Notes under the pieces: model-generated | Database searches by the model: none | What the model was told of the DNA's origin: nothing | Seen by the model: the letters and a program-made list of their open reading frames with translations, nothing else | Part shown: positions 40,339 to 51,286 of the stretch, in pieces | Layout: each line of letters opens with the position of its first letter | Position numbering within the stretch: the first letter of the stretch is position 1 | Made by a program: the position numbers and the translations under genes | Origin: Thermoplasmatota archaeon | GTDB lineage: Archaea; Thermoplasmatota; E2; DHVEG-1 | Length of the DNA stretch: 64,000 bases | Assembly (NCBI GenBank): GCA_038884455.1 | Contig: JAWABU010000003.1 | Coordinates: 1,969-65,968, forward strand | Direction of reading: 5' to 3'

Positions 40339-40911
40339 ATGTCTGCAGAAAAAATCATTGAACGTATACGAAAAGATACAGCTCAAGAACTACAAACAAT
40401 CCAAAAAAAAGTAGAACAAGAGGCAGACCAACTCCTGAAAACACTTCGAAAAGAAGCCAGACAAGAAGTTGAAAAAATTTTAACTGAGGGCAGGCAACAT
40501 ATTGAGGCCGCATCAAAAATTCAGATTTCACGGGCGACACAAGACCTGAAACGAGAGTTGGTAACAACAAAAGAAGAAATCATGGAGACCTGTTTCCGCC
40601 GAGCTCTCGAGCAGTTATCGCACCTTGATGACAAACAATATACTGACGTTATCACTCGTTTTATGAAACAAGGAATCAGTCGTTTAGGGACCACATGTAC
40701 TGTTCTTGTTTCTCGCGATATTGATCGAGTAATAGCCCAAAAACTCGGGCTTTCAGTATCTGGAACAGTTGATGCTCCTGGTGGTATCATTCTTGTCTCG
40801 CAGGACGGCAGCATTAAACTTGATTATACGTTTTCTAGTATTCTTCAGAGAAAAAAGGATGACTTGAGAATACATCTTGGTTCTCTTCTCTTTGAAGGAG
40901 CAGGTGACTAA
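40339..40911 (+). CDS. atpE: A-type ATP synthase subunit E.
   Basis: Position, size (190 aa) and a charged helical N-terminus. Confidence 0.7.
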   Translation: MSAEKIIERIRKDTAQELQTIQKKVEQEADQLLKTLRKEARQEVEKILTEGRQHIEAASKIQISRATQDLKRELVTTKEEIMETCFRRALEQLSHLDDKQYTDVITRFMKQGISRLGTTCTVLVSRDIDRVIAQKLGLSVSGTVDAPGGIILVSQDGSIKLDYTFSSILQRKKDDLRIHLGSLLFEGAGD

Positions 40912-40914
40912 TAC

Positions 40915-42036
40915 ATGTTTGATTGGTTGACAAACCCATATCATATTACCTTTTGGATTCCGGTATGTGGAGGAATTAGTCTTGTTGTATTTTTGATTGC
41001 ACGACCATTGTCAACCTACATGAAATTTATTTACCCAACTGCAAAATATGAAGCGATTGGTAATCCTTTTATTTTACCAAAAGAACTGGAGAGCATCCTT
41101 GAACTTTCTACAGTGTCTGAATTTAAAGAGAAAATAAATCAAAAAAAGGATTATGTTCTCCAGGGAGATACCCCCGGTGAAATCCAGAAATCTTTAGATA
41201 ATCATGTACTTCAAACAATTGACATGATGAAAAAAGATAGCTCAAAAAAAATGCAAGCTTTTTTTGACACCTATCGTAAAAAATATGATTTATTTTTCGT
41301 AAAAAATGAATTGAAAAAAAAACTGTTGGGTATTTCAACTCAAAACATATCTGCTGAATTTCTTCTTCCCTGGACACAACGTTTACTTCAAGATATTTAT
41401 GATACCCCGTCAGAAAAATACTCTGAACTGTTAGAATCATATGGTTTCAATCAAGCCGAGGTTCTGAATCTGAAGACCAACCTACAGGATGTGTTTTTGA
41501 TTGATGCTCTCTTTGATGCATATTTTCTTCGTGAATTGTATCAGGTTAAAGTCCCCTATAAATGTGACTCTGCAAAAAGAGAACTCGTTCAAACACTCAT
41601 TGATATCTATACAATAAAACATGTGCTCCGTGCGAAACATCTTGGCTATGATCATATTTTTTGTAAAAAATTATATCTTGGACAGGGGCGGGAGATCGCT
41701 CCATGGAAATTTACTGAATTAATCGAACAAAGTACCGTATCTCACGTTCTCCATGCTCTTGAAGGAACATCATATTATACATTTATTACTAAGCAGGTTG
41801 ATCTGTCCGATGTCGAAAACTCTCTTCAAAAAATTGAAAATATTTTAGATATCTATCTTCTCCAACGTATGAAAGAACTATCGATGAAAAACTATATCAA
41901 TATTGGTCCAACAATCCGTTTCCTAATTTCAAAAGAATTTGAAATTCAAAACCTTAAAATCATCTGTAAAGGAATCAATGAAAACGTATCAAAAGAAACA
42001 ATTAAACAATTCCTAATAACAGAGGGAGATCCATGA
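40915..42036 (+). CDS. atpC: A-type ATP synthase subunit C.
   Basis: Position and size (373 aa). Confidence 0.7.
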   Translation: MFDWLTNPYHITFWIPVCGGISLVVFLIARPLSTYMKFIYPTAKYEAIGNPFILPKELESILELSTVSEFKEKINQKKDYVLQGDTPGEIQKSLDNHVLQTIDMMKKDSSKKMQAFFDTYRKKYDLFFVKNELKKKLLGISTQNISAEFLLPWTQRLLQDIYDTPSEKYSELLESYGFNQAEVLNLKTNLQDVFLIDALFDAYFLRELYQVKVPYKCDSAKRELVQTLIDIYTIKHVLRAKHLGYDHIFCKKLYLGQGREIAPWKFTELIEQSTVSHVLHALEGTSYYTFITKQVDLSDVENSLQKIENILDIYLLQRMKELSMKNYINIGPTIRFLISKEFEIQNLKIICKGINENVSKETIKQFLITEGDP

Positions 42037-42353
42037 AGCTTGCTGCACTGTGTGATCGTGATACTGCTGTAGGTTTAAGACTTGGTGGAATCCATGAGAT
42101 TTTTATCGTTGACGGAAATCCTCAGAATGTCTTTGATCAAATACGAGCAAGAAATGATCTTGGAGTGTTATTTATCACAGAATCAATTGTGGAACAACTT
42201 GGGAAACCACTGAAAGAGTTTCGATTGCGACATCAACTGCCATTGATCGTTGAGATCCCTGATAAAAAAGGTCATATTGAGGATCATATTGATTATGTTT
42301 CTTATCTTATAAAAAAAGCAGTTGGGATTGATATTGGTAAAAAAGAAAAATAA
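42033..42353 (+). CDS. atpF: A-type ATP synthase subunit F.
   Basis: Position and size (106 aa). Confidence 0.7.
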   Translation: MKLAALCDRDTAVGLRLGGIHEIFIVDGNPQNVFDQIRARNDLGVLFITESIVEQLGKPLKEFRLRHQLPLIVEIPDKKGHIEDHIDYVSYLIKKAVGIDIGKKEK

Positions 42354-42376
42354 ACACTACGGAGGATACAAGCAAT

Positions 42377-44152
42377 ATGTCTGAAAGTAAAGGTAAAATC
42401 ATTCGAATATCAGGTCCAGTTATTGAAGCAAACGGCATGCGTGGAGCAAAAATGTATGATGTTGTTCATGTTGGATCTGAAAAACTTGTTGGAGAGATTA
42501 TTCGATTACATAATGAAATTGCAACAATTCAGGTTTATGAGGATACTAACGGGTTGAAGCCTGGTGAAGATGTTGTATCAACAGGTATGCCACTTTCTGT
42601 TGAACTTGGACCTGGTTTAATTGGAACTATTTATGATGGAGTTCAACGTCCGCTCGAAGCACTTGTGAAAAAAACCGGTGATTTTATCCATCGTGGTGCA
42701 CAAGCTTTTGCACTTGATAGAACAAAAAAATGGGATTTTTCACCAGTAGTATCACAAGGAGAGGTTGTTTGGAGTGGTGATGTGCTCGGTGAAGTTCAGG
42801 AAACCAAACATATTGTTCATAAAATCTTGGTTCCACCTTCTATCTCCGGCAAAGTTACTGCTGTTGTACCAAAAGGAAGCTATACCGTTGATACTGAAAT
42901 TGCAACGATTCACACCGATACTGGTGTTGTGAACTTGACGATGATGCAACGATGGCCAGTTCGAAAAGCAAGACCGGTAGTGAAAAAATATGATCCTACA
43001 CTTCCGTTGATTACTGGACAGCGTGTCATTGATACCTTCTTTCCAATTGCAAAAGGAGGGACTGCTGCGATTCCTGGTGGTTTTGGGACAGGTAAAACTG
43101 TGACATTACATCAACTCGCCAAATGGAGCGATGCAAAGATTGTCGTTTATGTTGGTTGTGGGGAGCGCGGCAATGAAATGACCGATGTGCTTCGTGAATT
43201 TCCAGAACTTGTTGATCCAGTAACTGGTGGTCCTTTGATGAATCGAACTGTTTTGATTGCAAATACCTCAAATATGCCGGTTGCAGCTCGAGATGCTAGT
43301 GTATATACAGGAATTACGATTGCTGAATATTATCGAGATATGGGGTATGATGTTGCATTGATGGCTGATAGTACGTCTCGGTGGGCTGAGGCGATGCGTG
43401 AGATTTCAGGTCGTCTTGAGGAAATGCCTGGTGAAGAAGGATACCCTGCGTATCTTGCTTCTAGATTAGCTGAGTTTTATGAACGTGCTGGTCGTGCTCA
43501 GCTTATTGGTTCGAAAAAAACCGAAGGTTCAGTATCGGTCATGGGTGCTGTTTCCCCACCTGGTGGTGATTTTTCAGAGCCGGTTGCACAAAACACCCTT
43601 CGGATTGTTCGAGTGTTCTGGGCGCTTGACGCTGATCTTGCAGATAAACGACATTTCCCCTCAGTCAACTGGTTAAAATCGTATTCATTATATCTGGAAG
43701 AAATGAGTGAATGGTGGGAGAAAAACGTTGGGAAGAATTGGTTATCGATGTTGAATAAAGCTATGAATTTATTACAGAAAGAAGCAGAGTTGCAAGAAAT
43801 CGTAAAACTTGTTGGTCCCGATGCATTACCAACTCGTGAACGTGCAGTACTCGAAAGCGCTCGTATGATTCGTGAACATTATCTCCAACAGAATGCATTT
43901 CATGAAGTTGACACGTATTGTCCGAGTAAGAAACAGTATGAAATGCTTCGACTTATGTTGTTATTTTCAGATAAAATTGACAATGCTGTAAGTCACAATG
44001 TACCTATCGATGCTATTCTTTCTATGAGGTCACGGGAACAGTTAGCTCGGATGGGTAAAATTCCTAATGATACGTTTGAAAAAATCTTCAAAAAAATTGA
44101 ACAAGATTTAGAAAAAGAAGTACAATTGTTAATTCAGGAGCGTGCCGTATGA
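42377..44152 (+). CDS. atpA: A-type ATP synthase catalytic subunit A.
   Basis: Walker A reads [10 protein letters not shown]. It is 591 aa and has no intein. Confidence 0.95.
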   Translation: MSESKGKIIRISGPVIEANGMRGAKMYDVVHVGSEKLVGEIIRLHNEIATIQVYEDTNGLKPGEDVVSTGMPLSVELGPGLIGTIYDGVQRPLEALVKKTGDFIHRGAQAFALDRTKKWDFSPVVSQGEVVWSGDVLGEVQETKHIVHKILVPPSISGKVTAVVPKGSYTVDTEIATIHTDTGVVNLTMMQRWPVRKARPVVKKYDPTLPLITGQRVIDTFFPIAKGGTAAIPGGFGTGKTVTLHQLAKWSDAKIVVYVGCGERGNEMTDVLREFPELVDPVTGGPLMNRTVLIANTSNMPVAARDASVYTGITIAEYYRDMGYDVALMADSTSRWAEAMREISGRLEEMPGEEGYPAYLASRLAEFYERAGRAQLIGSKKTEGSVSVMGAVSPPGGDFSEPVAQNTLRIVRVFWALDADLADKRHFPSVNWLKSYSLYLEEMSEWWEKNVGKNWLSMLNKAMNLLQKEAELQEIVKLVGPDALPTRERAVLESARMIREHYLQQNAFHEVDTYCPSKKQYEMLRLMLLFSDKIDNAVSHNVPIDAILSMRSREQLARMGKIPNDTFEKIFKKIEQDLEKEVQLLIQERAV

Positions 44153-45540
44153 GTCAGAAGAATATCGAATATTCGACTGTTACTGAAGTGACAGGTCCCT
44201 TGATGGTTGTTGATAAAGTAACTGATGTCTCCTTTAATGAGGTTGTAAAAATTAAAACAGCAACAGGGGAAATTCGAACTGGTCAGGTTCTTGAGGTTTT
44301 TGAAACAAAAGCAGTTGTTCAGGTATTTGAAGGTACGCGTGGTTTAGATACAAAGAAAACCGCAGTTCGTTTCATTGGTGAAACCATGAAGCTTGGTCTC
44401 TCTAAGGATATCATTGGTCGGATATTTGATGGAACTGGAAATCCGTTGGATAATGCACCTCCGATAATCCCTGAAATCCGTCGTGATATCAATGGTGTTC
44501 CAATCAATCCTTGTGCTCGTGAATACCCCCGTGAATTTATTCAAACAGGAATCTCAGCGATCGATGGGTTAAACACATTAGTTCGAGGTCAAAAGCTTCC
44601 GATTTTTTCAGGTGCTGGTCTTCCTCACAATGAATTAGCTGTTCAGATAGCTCGTCAGGCAAAAGTGTTAGGAAAAGAAGAAAAATTTGCTGTCGTTTTT
44701 TGCGCGATGGGAATTACAAACGAAGAAGCAAATTTATTTATCAAAGATTTCGAGAATACTGGTGCGCTGGAGCGCACAGTAATGTTTTTGAATCTTGCTG
44801 ATGATCCGACAATTGAACGGATTATTTTACCACGAATGGCGTTAACCTGCGCCGAGTATCTGGCGTTTGATTTAGATATGCAGGTTCTTGTTATTTTAAC
44901 TGATTTAACCAACTATGCAGAAGCACTTCGAGAAATAGCCGCAGCTCGTGAAGAAGTACCAGGTCGCCGTGGATACCCAGGATATATGTATACTGATCTA
45001 GCATCAATTTATGAGCGTGCAGGGAGAATTAAGGGCAAGAAAGGTTCGATCACTCAGATACCTATGTTGACGATGCCTGATGATGATATTACACATCCTA
45101 TCCCGGATTTAACTGGATATATTACGGAGGGGCAGATTGTTCTTGATCGCAGTTTACATAAGAAAGCAATTTACCCACCGATCTCTGTTCTTCCTTGTTT
45201 GTCTCGTTTGATGGATAGGGGTATTGGTCCTGATCGAACACGAGAGGATCATGCTGATGTTTCGAACCAGCTTTATGCTGCATACGCAGAAGGATGTGAT
45301 TTGCGTGATCTCGTTTCAATTGTTGGTGAAGATGCACTTTCAGAACGTGATCGAAAATTCTTACAATTTGCTGATGCTTTTGAAAAACGTTTTGTTTCTC
45401 AGCAACCCTCTGAAGATCGAAGTATTCATAAAACGCTTGACATAGGTTGGGAGTTATTGTCCTTATTACCGCAATCAGAGTTGAAAAAAATTGATGAGAA
45501 ATTCATTAAAAAATATTTACCAAAAGTAACGTCAGAGTAA
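44149..45540 (+). CDS. atpB: A-type ATP synthase subunit B.
   Basis: The region [33 protein letters not shown] fits the B subunit. 463 aa. Confidence 0.95.
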   Translation: MSQKNIEYSTVTEVTGPLMVVDKVTDVSFNEVVKIKTATGEIRTGQVLEVFETKAVVQVFEGTRGLDTKKTAVRFIGETMKLGLSKDIIGRIFDGTGNPLDNAPPIIPEIRRDINGVPINPCAREYPREFIQTGISAIDGLNTLVRGQKLPIFSGAGLPHNELAVQIARQAKVLGKEEKFAVVFCAMGITNEEANLFIKDFENTGALERTVMFLNLADDPTIERIILPRMALTCAEYLAFDLDMQVLVILTDLTNYAEALREIAAAREEVPGRRGYPGYMYTDLASIYERAGRIKGKKGSITQIPMLTMPDDDITHPIPDLTGYITEGQIVLDRSLHKKAIYPPISVLPCLSRLMDRGIGPDRTREDHADVSNQLYAAYAEGCDLRDLVSIVGEDALSERDRKFLQFADAFEKRFVSQQPSEDRSIHKTLDIGWELLSLLPQSELKKIDEKFIKKYLPKVTSE

Positions 45541-45544
45541 GAGT

Positions 45545-46189
45545 ATGGCTGAGCAAATTCTTGAAGGTGTTAATCCAACTCGAATGGATCTTCTAGATGT
45601 TCGAAAAAAAATACTATTAGCTCAGAAAGGATACAAACTTCTTGAGGAAAAGAGAGATGCGCTTGTTGAACGTTTTTTTTCCTTAATTGAAAGAAGAAAT
45701 GTATTGCGAAAAGAAGTTGATGCTGAGTTCCCGAAAGCATTTGAAGCGTTGATTACTGCACAGATGCTGTTAGGGGAAGATAAGGTTGAATATCTTTCAT
45801 TTTTAACAAAGCAACTCGATGAAATTACGTTCGGGTATGATAACATCATGGGGGTGAAGATACCAAAAATTCATACAGCTCAAACTATTCCAAAGCACGA
45901 ACCGCGATATGGTTTTTTTGAGACGAATGCATCATTTGATGAGGCACAGTATCGTTTCCATATGTTAACCAAAAAATTACTGCAGCTTGCTGAATATGAA
46001 AGTAATATTCAATCACTTTCGTTAGAAATTGAAAAAACGAAACGACGGGTGAATGTATTAGAGCATGTTCTTATTCCAAAACTAACTGCAACAATTAAGT
46101 ATATTGAGATGCAACTTGAAGAACGAGAACGAGAAGATTTTTTCAGACGAAAAAGAATTAAAACACTCCTTGAATATAAGAAAAAATGA
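45545..46189 (+). CDS. atpD: A-type ATP synthase subunit D.
   Basis: Position, size (214 aa) and a coiled-coil character. Confidence 0.85.
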   Translation: MAEQILEGVNPTRMDLLDVRKKILLAQKGYKLLEEKRDALVERFFSLIERRNVLRKEVDAEFPKAFEALITAQMLLGEDKVEYLSFLTKQLDEITFGYDNIMGVKIPKIHTAQTIPKHEPRYGFFETNASFDEAQYRFHMLTKKLLQLAEYESNIQSLSLEIEKTKRRVNVLEHVLIPKLTATIKYIEMQLEEREREDFFRRKRIKTLLEYKKK

Positions 46190-46347
46190 CTATGTCATTG
46201 GAAGAAGATCCTATTCTAGGGCAATTTTTTGATACACCTGAAAAGAAAGCACGGTGGATTGTTCGTCTTAAAATAGCATACATTCTTTGGATTCTTTTTT
46301 TGATCATTGGTATTTTTTCTTTTTTATTGTGGTATATCATTCGGTAA
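46186..46347 (+). CDS. Small ORF of 53 aa with a C-terminal TM helix (MTMSLEEDPILGQFFDTPEKKARWIVRLKIAYILWILFLIIGIFSFLLWYIIR). It sits in the position of AhaG.
   Basis: Its ATG overlaps the atpD TGA stop (ATGA). It is followed by a T-run. It falls below the ORF-track length cutoff. Confidence 0.4.
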   Translation: MTMSLEEDPILGQFFDTPEKKARWIVRLKIAYILWILFLIIGIFSFLLWYIIR

Positions 46348-46366
46348 ATTTTTTCCCATCATTTGT

Positions 46367-47599
46367 TCAGTATCTATATTTAAATGCTGCTTTCAACAGG
46401 AATGGTGTGATGAGTGTTGTAACAAGTGTTAATAATACTGTTGTTGCAAGGATTTGAGTCGCAGTCTCTCCAATAAGAACTCCTTGTGCGACTGCAGCAC
46501 CAGCAATTATTAACGCCATTTCGAGTCGAGGGATCATACCAATACCAGCTCGAAGTGAATGTCTGCTGGTAAGTCCTGCAAGTTTCCCTCCGATCCAACA
46601 GCCTATGATTTTTCCGATAATGCTAACAATAATAATGGACAGAGCAAATGCGATAACTGTAAATGAAGTAAAAACAGTTGGATCGACGTTTGCTCCAACC
46701 CAAACGAAAAATAAAGGGATGAATAAACCATATCCGATGGTTTTAATATCTTCGATTATTTTTTTCGATTTCATTGATCTACCGATGACAATTCCGGCAA
46801 CAAAAGCGCCGGTGATACCAGCAATTCCTGATTGATACGCAAAATAGGAGTACAATAAAAACAATGCAAGTGAGAAACTAAGCAGCGCTTTAGGTAATTG
46901 AATTTTTTCACCAATATGAAATAGTTTATCGATGATTTTTAAACCAACAAATAAGAATAAAATAAAATAAATTACAATTTTGATTCCTAGGATTGTTACA
47001 TCCATAGGTGTTGCAACTCCTAAAACTGATACAAACAGAATTATGGCCAATACATCATCAATGACTGCTGCGCCAAGAATCGTAAGTCCTACTTCTGTGT
47101 TCAGCACGTTTAAATCCATCAAAACACGTACGGGTATGCCAACTGATGTTGCGACAAGGATTAACCCGATTACAAGGCCGATATGCCAGCTAAAACCGAA
47201 CGAATGAGAAACCAGCATACCAAAAAGCAATGGTGCAATCACTCCACCAACTGCAACATAAATCGATGGTTTTTGAACTTTTTTTAAATTTGAAAAGGTT
47301 ATTTCCAATCCTGAGAGAAACATCAAAAATAAAATCCCGAGTTGCGCGAGGACTTCAAAAGCCTCAGAGGTATACTGTAAATGAGGAAATGATATTTCCC
47401 AAAGGAAAAAAGGAACTGTTTTCCCTGCGAATAATCCCAGTCCAAAACCTCCAAGTAATAATCCGGCGCAGATTTCTCCGATAACCGCTGGTTGTTTGAA
47501 TCGTTCAAACAAGAAACCAAGAAGACGAGCAAAGATTAACGCTAGTGCTATTAACAAAATAATTTCAAAAATATCTATCTCGCTTGCCGTAGTCTTCAA
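46367..47599 (-). CDS. CPA2-family cation/proton antiporter (Kef/NapA-like), 410 aa.
   Basis: The N-terminus reads IILLIALALIFARLLGFLFERFKQPAVIGEICAGLLLG. About 12 TM helices. Confidence 0.75.
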   Translation of the reverse strand: MKTTASEIDIFEIILLIALALIFARLLGFLFERFKQPAVIGEICAGLLLGGFGLGLFAGKTVPFFLWEISFPHLQYTSEAFEVLAQLGILFLMFLSGLEITFSNLKKVQKPSIYVAVGGVIAPLLFGMLVSHSFGFSWHIGLVIGLILVATSVGIPVRVLMDLNVLNTEVGLTILGAAVIDDVLAIILFVSVLGVATPMDVTILGIKIVIYFILFLFVGLKIIDKLFHIGEKIQLPKALLSFSLALFLLYSYFAYQSGIAGITGAFVAGIVIGRSMKSKKIIEDIKTIGYGLFIPLFFVWVGANVDPTVFTSFTVIAFALSIIIVSIIGKIIGCWIGGKLAGLTSRHSLRAGIGMIPRLEMALIIAGAAVAQGVLIGETATQILATTVLLTLVTTLITPFLLKAAFKYRY

Positions 47600-48087
47600 C
47601 CTTCTTCAGTTATTGAATGGTATTGTGTTGCATCATAAAACTTTCGTATCAACTGATTGAGTGTGATTTCACCGATAATCTGATTGTTTCTTACTACCGG
47701 TAAACGCCTGAGTTTATATCTTGTCATACGTTGGAGGATATCAATAATTTTTTCGTCTTCTGTACAGCTAATAACTTCTGTGGACATAATATCTCGTGCG
47801 GTTTTGACGGTTTCATGTTGTAGCGATCGTATATCCGGTAACCCAAACGTATAGGGTGAAAAACTTTTTGGGGCGAGCGTCACCAGAATGTCATGTTCAG
47901 TAATCGCTCCTACGAGCTTTTTTTCCTGTTTGTTATTGACAACCCAAATGTGGTTTCGTGCGCCAAGAATATTAAGAACACTGAAGATATCTTCATTTTC
48001 TTCGATGATTGGAGTATCCCATATCCGTTTATTCATGAGCTGTTTTACTTTGAGATGGTAAAATTCATCAACCAATTTGTTTTTCAT
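47596..48087 (-). CDS. CBS-domain pair protein.
   Basis: Two CBS motifs. It overlaps the antiporter start by 4 nt. Confidence 0.65.
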   Translation of the reverse strand: MKNKLVDEFYHLKVKQLMNKRIWDTPIIEENEDIFSVLNILGARNHIWVVNNKQEKKLVGAITEHDILVTLAPKSFSPYTFGLPDIRSLQHETVKTARDIMSTEVISCTEDEKIIDILQRMTRYKLRRLPVVRNNQIIGEITLNQLIRKFYDATQYHSITEEG

Positions 48088-48188
48088 AATAATCTACTAA
48101 TCGTGTAAAATATATTTAAAAGTTAACTTTTTAATTTTTAAAAAAGTAAAGAGAAAGAAAAAAGAAATAAGAAAGCGTTGCTGTTTTT

Positions 48189-48617
48189 TTAAACGCTTTT
48201 ACCAATGTCCCAGATTGCTTTAATTGCAAGGAGTCCAACAGCTGGGACAATAAATATCGCAAGACTTAGCGATATCCCGGTGAGCAATGAACCAATCCAT
48301 GGGTTGAGTAGCATATATGATCCTTGGAATACTGCGTACATGACGAGTAATGCTACACCTGCCATGAGAAAACCTGGGACTTCTTCTTTGGTAATGGTTC
48401 CTTTTCCTAGAAATGCGAGAATTCCCACGATTGCACCGATTATTGCGAGAATCCAAGCGAGGATTCCTCCCGTGTTCGTTGCAAAAAAGTTGTTTCCGCC
48501 CTCAAGTTGAACTGCTTGCCATAGCCCAACAAGTATTGCGATGAGGGTTCCGCCCATGAAGGCATATATTGATAATTTTCCAATCATTGCATTTTTATCC
48601 ATAAATATCTCCTCCAT
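48189..48617 (-). CDS. Small membrane protein (hypothetical, 4 TM helices).
   Basis: A hydrophobic 142-aa ORF. Confidence 0.4.
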   Translation of the reverse strand: MEEIFMDKNAMIGKLSIYAFMGGTLIAILVGLWQAVQLEGGNNFFATNTGGILAWILAIIGAIVGILAFLGKGTITKEEVPGFLMAGVALLVMYAVFQGSYMLLNPWIGSLLTGISLSLAIFIVPAVGLLAIKAIWDIGKSV

Positions 48618-48703
48618 ATTTTATTTTTTTTAACCAGGAGAAACTCTGAACTTATTAATAAAGTTTCCTTTTTTTTAAGTCATGAAAGAGTATCTATGGA
48701 TGT

Positions 48704-49159
48704 TTACTCTGTTAACCAGGATTCATCAATTTTGGTATACTGAGCTATTTCTTCAGGTTTAAACCAAAGGTTGATTTCAAACGTTGCAGTTTCTTTGCTA
48801 TCTGAACCATGAATGATATTTCTTCCGATGAATTGACCGTAATCTCCTCTGATTGTCCCGAGGGGTGCTTGTTGTGGATCTGTTTTTCCCATCATCGATC
48901 GAACGGTTTCAATGACGTTGATTCCTTCGAGAACCATTGCAACAACAGGTGAAGATGTTATGTAGCGTACTGTTGGTTCAAAGAAAGGTTTTCCTTTGTG
49001 GACTCCATAATGTTTTTCAGCTAGTTTTTTATCAACTGAAACGAGTTTTAACGCAACAATTTTCAGCCCTTTTTTTTCAAATCGACTGATGATGTCTCCG
49101 ATAAATCCCCGCTGTACCCCATCTGGTTTGATCATGACAAATGTTCTTTCTTTTTGCAT
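48704..49159 (-). CDS. ndk: Nucleoside diphosphate kinase.
   Basis: RTFVMIKPDGVQRG, NIIHGSD and the catalytic His region are present. Confidence 0.9.
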   Translation of the reverse strand: MQKERTFVMIKPDGVQRGFIGDIISRFEKKGLKIVALKLVSVDKKLAEKHYGVHKGKPFFEPTVRYITSSPVVAMVLEGINVIETVRSMMGKTDPQQAPLGTIRGDYGQFIGRNIIHGSDSKETATFEINLWFKPEEIAQYTKIDESWLTE

Positions 49160-49221
49160 GGTATTGTCCTCGTGTTTTTTTTTGTAGGTAGGATGGAAGA
49201 TGTGTTTATAGAATTAACGAT

Positions 49222-49983
49222 TTAGGGAAAAAAATTTTTTGTAAGGTAGTACAGGGTAATACTGGTAATATTGAAAAATATATGTGCTAGTACCCCAGTT
49301 AGAAGATTTTTTGTTTTTATTACAAAAAATGCTAAGAAAGCTCCAACAATTCCTGTCATCACCAGAGGATATATTTTTCCGTATGAAAGATGTGCGATTC
49401 CAAAGAGAATCGATGGTAGTACAACCGCAGTGGTTGGTCCTTTCCAAGAATTGATTTTTTCAAGGAGAAATCCTCTGAAAAAAAATTCTTCTGCAATTGG
49501 TTGGATTGATATGATGACGACCATGCTCGGAAGTGATAAAATTTTCTCTAAATCTTCGATATTGCTTTGTTTTGAGGGGTCAAATCCACCAGCAAGTAAA
49601 AAAATGTCGATGATGACGATCATAATAAAACTGCAGATCATCGTGATACCGCCCCAGAGTATTGCTTGTGGAATTTCTTGTTTTTTGAGCTGTAGTCGTT
49701 CAAATATACTTTTTATTGATAATCGGTTTACGAGAACATACCAGAGTATTGGAACGCCTATGAATAAAACTATTATTAGTGATAACTGGAGACCGACGAG
49801 AATTATCTCAAATAGGATCTGTAATTGTGCTGGTACTGATTGAATACCTTCTGGAGTTGATGGAAGGTAATTAAAAAACGTAAGTATTGGTAAACCAATT
49901 GTAATGCAAAAGACAAGTGTCATTGCTAATAATGCAAGGATGTGCGTTGGTTTTTTTATTGAAAAATCCATACTGTGGGACAA
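49222..49983 (-). CDS. CPBP-family (CAAX/Abi) intramembrane metalloprotease.
   Basis: Motif 1 is AEEFFFRGFL (EExxxR), motif 2 is FGIAHL (FxxxH) and motif 3 is HIFFN. Confidence 0.75.
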   Translation of the reverse strand: MSHSMDFSIKKPTHILALLAMTLVFCITIGLPILTFFNYLPSTPEGIQSVPAQLQILFEIILVGLQLSLIIVLFIGVPILWYVLVNRLSIKSIFERLQLKKQEIPQAILWGGITMICSFIMIVIIDIFLLAGGFDPSKQSNIEDLEKILSLPSMVVIISIQPIAEEFFFRGFLLEKINSWKGPTTAVVLPSILFGIAHLSYGKIYPLVMTGIVGAFLAFFVIKTKNLLTGVLAHIFFNITSITLYYLTKNFFP

Positions 49984-50116
49984 TAGTCAATGTTAGATAA
50001 AGATTATGTTTCTTGAAAGATTTGTTGTTGTATTAAAAAATTTATTGAGAATACAACCTACAATTTATTATACTAATATCTTGTTATTGTTTTTTGAAAA
50101 CTAGGAGGATAGATTC

Positions 50117-50350
50117 ATGGCAATAGGTTTTGTTTTGATCAATGTGACACCTACTCTCGAACGAAAAGTTTTTGAAACTCTTTCAAAGATACAAGAGATA
50201 AAAGAACTGTATCAGCTCTTTGGGGAATATGATATAATCGCAAAAGTTGAAACGAAAGACTACGAATCGTTAGGTGATATTGTAGTTAACACTATCCGTT
50301 CGGTTCAAGGAGTTCTTAATACGAAGACGCTAACTGCTATAAATTGTTAA
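50117..50350 (+). CDS. Stand-alone Lrp/AsnC C-terminal (RAM) domain protein, 77 aa.
   Basis: The size and the beta-alpha-beta-beta-alpha-beta pattern match (FVLINVTP...YDIIAKVETKDYESLGDIVVNTIRSVQGVLNTKT). There is no HTH. Confidence 0.5.
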   Translation: MAIGFVLINVTPTLERKVFETLSKIQEIKELYQLFGEYDIIAKVETKDYESLGDIVVNTIRSVQGVLNTKTLTAINC

Positions 50351-50610
50351 TATCCTTATCTTTTGTTTAAGGATTCTGAGTGAGAAATCCATGACTTTTG
50401 AGTCCATGGATGAATCGCTTGGATAAGTTATCGTTAAAACAAGGATAGTGTTTTCTTCTCCTCTTGGAGAAAGCAACGTTATTTATGACGTGGGATGAGG
50501 GACGAAATTATTGTTTTTTGGTAATTTTTTTCTTTGTGTATGTGCATAGCTAGCTGCATAACAATTTTTATAAACAAATAGTAAATACTAATTTGTACGA
50601 AAACGAAAAT

Positions 50611-51264
50611 ATGGATGGGTGTGATATTATGGTTAGATTCTGTCCAGAGTGTGGAGATGAAGTCGAAGACGGTTTTAAATTCTGTCCCGACTGTGGAGCT
50701 GCGGTGCCGAATGTGAAAAAAACAAAAACTACAGTATCGAAAAAAACAAAACAAGCAAAAAAACCTGATGTTGATGAAGACAGCATCGAACAAAAACCTG
50801 TTCAAGAAAAAAAAGAAATTCCTTTCAAAACGTTTTTGCGGGTTTTTAGTAAACGTCGAACGCGAATAGCTGTACTTGGAATTTTTTTAGTAGCATTAAT
50901 TGTTGCAGCTGCTGTATTGTTTGTATCCCCATTGGAACTTACCAGTGCAGTTGCAAAACAACCTCGGACGTTTACCATCATGATCGAAAATACGTTGAAG
51001 AAAGATGTTCCTTGTTCATTGAAATTTGATGCACTAAAGTATATTAAACAAGGTGATCCACTCAATATACCTGCTGGTGAAACAGTAACAATAACGGTGA
51101 ATGAAAAGGATTTACTCGTACAAAATGATAAGTATGACGTAACCTTGTATGCAACAATTGATTATATGGATGAGATCACAGCGTTTGATATTACAAAATC
51201 AGCGTCATTTCGGATCTGTCCAGAAACTGATGGAACGTTTCTGAGTTGCACTGGCTCTGTATAA
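50611..51264 (+). CDS. Zinc-ribbon membrane protein. It has an N-terminal C4 ribbon, a Lys-rich linker, one TM helix and an extracellular domain.
   Basis: The ribbon is FCPECGDEV...FCPDCGAAV. The helix is RIAVLGIFLVALIVAAAVLFV. The track ORF starts at an upstream TTG at 50593. Confidence 0.5.
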   Translation: MDGCDIMVRFCPECGDEVEDGFKFCPDCGAAVPNVKKTKTTVSKKTKQAKKPDVDEDSIEQKPVQEKKEIPFKTFLRVFSKRRTRIAVLGIFLVALIVAAAVLFVSPLELTSAVAKQPRTFTIMIENTLKKDVPCSLKFDALKYIKQGDPLNIPAGETVTITVNEKDLLVQNDKYDVTLYATIDYMDEITAFDITKSASFRICPETDGTFLSCTGSV

Positions 51265-51286
51265 TAAATATCAAGAAATTATTTTT

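Noticed and set aside
42377-45540. Possible inteins in ATP synthase A/B, aIF5B, PolX or IleS, which host inteins in several archaea.
   Set aside because: All have canonical lengths (A 591 aa, B 463 aa, aIF5B 599 aa) and contiguous motifs. No Hint or endonuclease blocks were seen.
49271-49843. A 190-aa plus-strand ORF.
   Set aside because: It lies entirely antisense within the CPBP protease gene, which carries all three catalytic motifs.
50380-50560. A short hairpin (TTCTCC-tctt-GGAGAA) and an AGCTAGCT palindrome in the 240-nt spacer before the Zn-ribbon gene, as a possible ncRNA or riboswitch.
   Set aside because: The stems are short and there is no extended conserved-looking structure. This is more likely promoter or operator sequence. 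It cannot be judged without covariance data.
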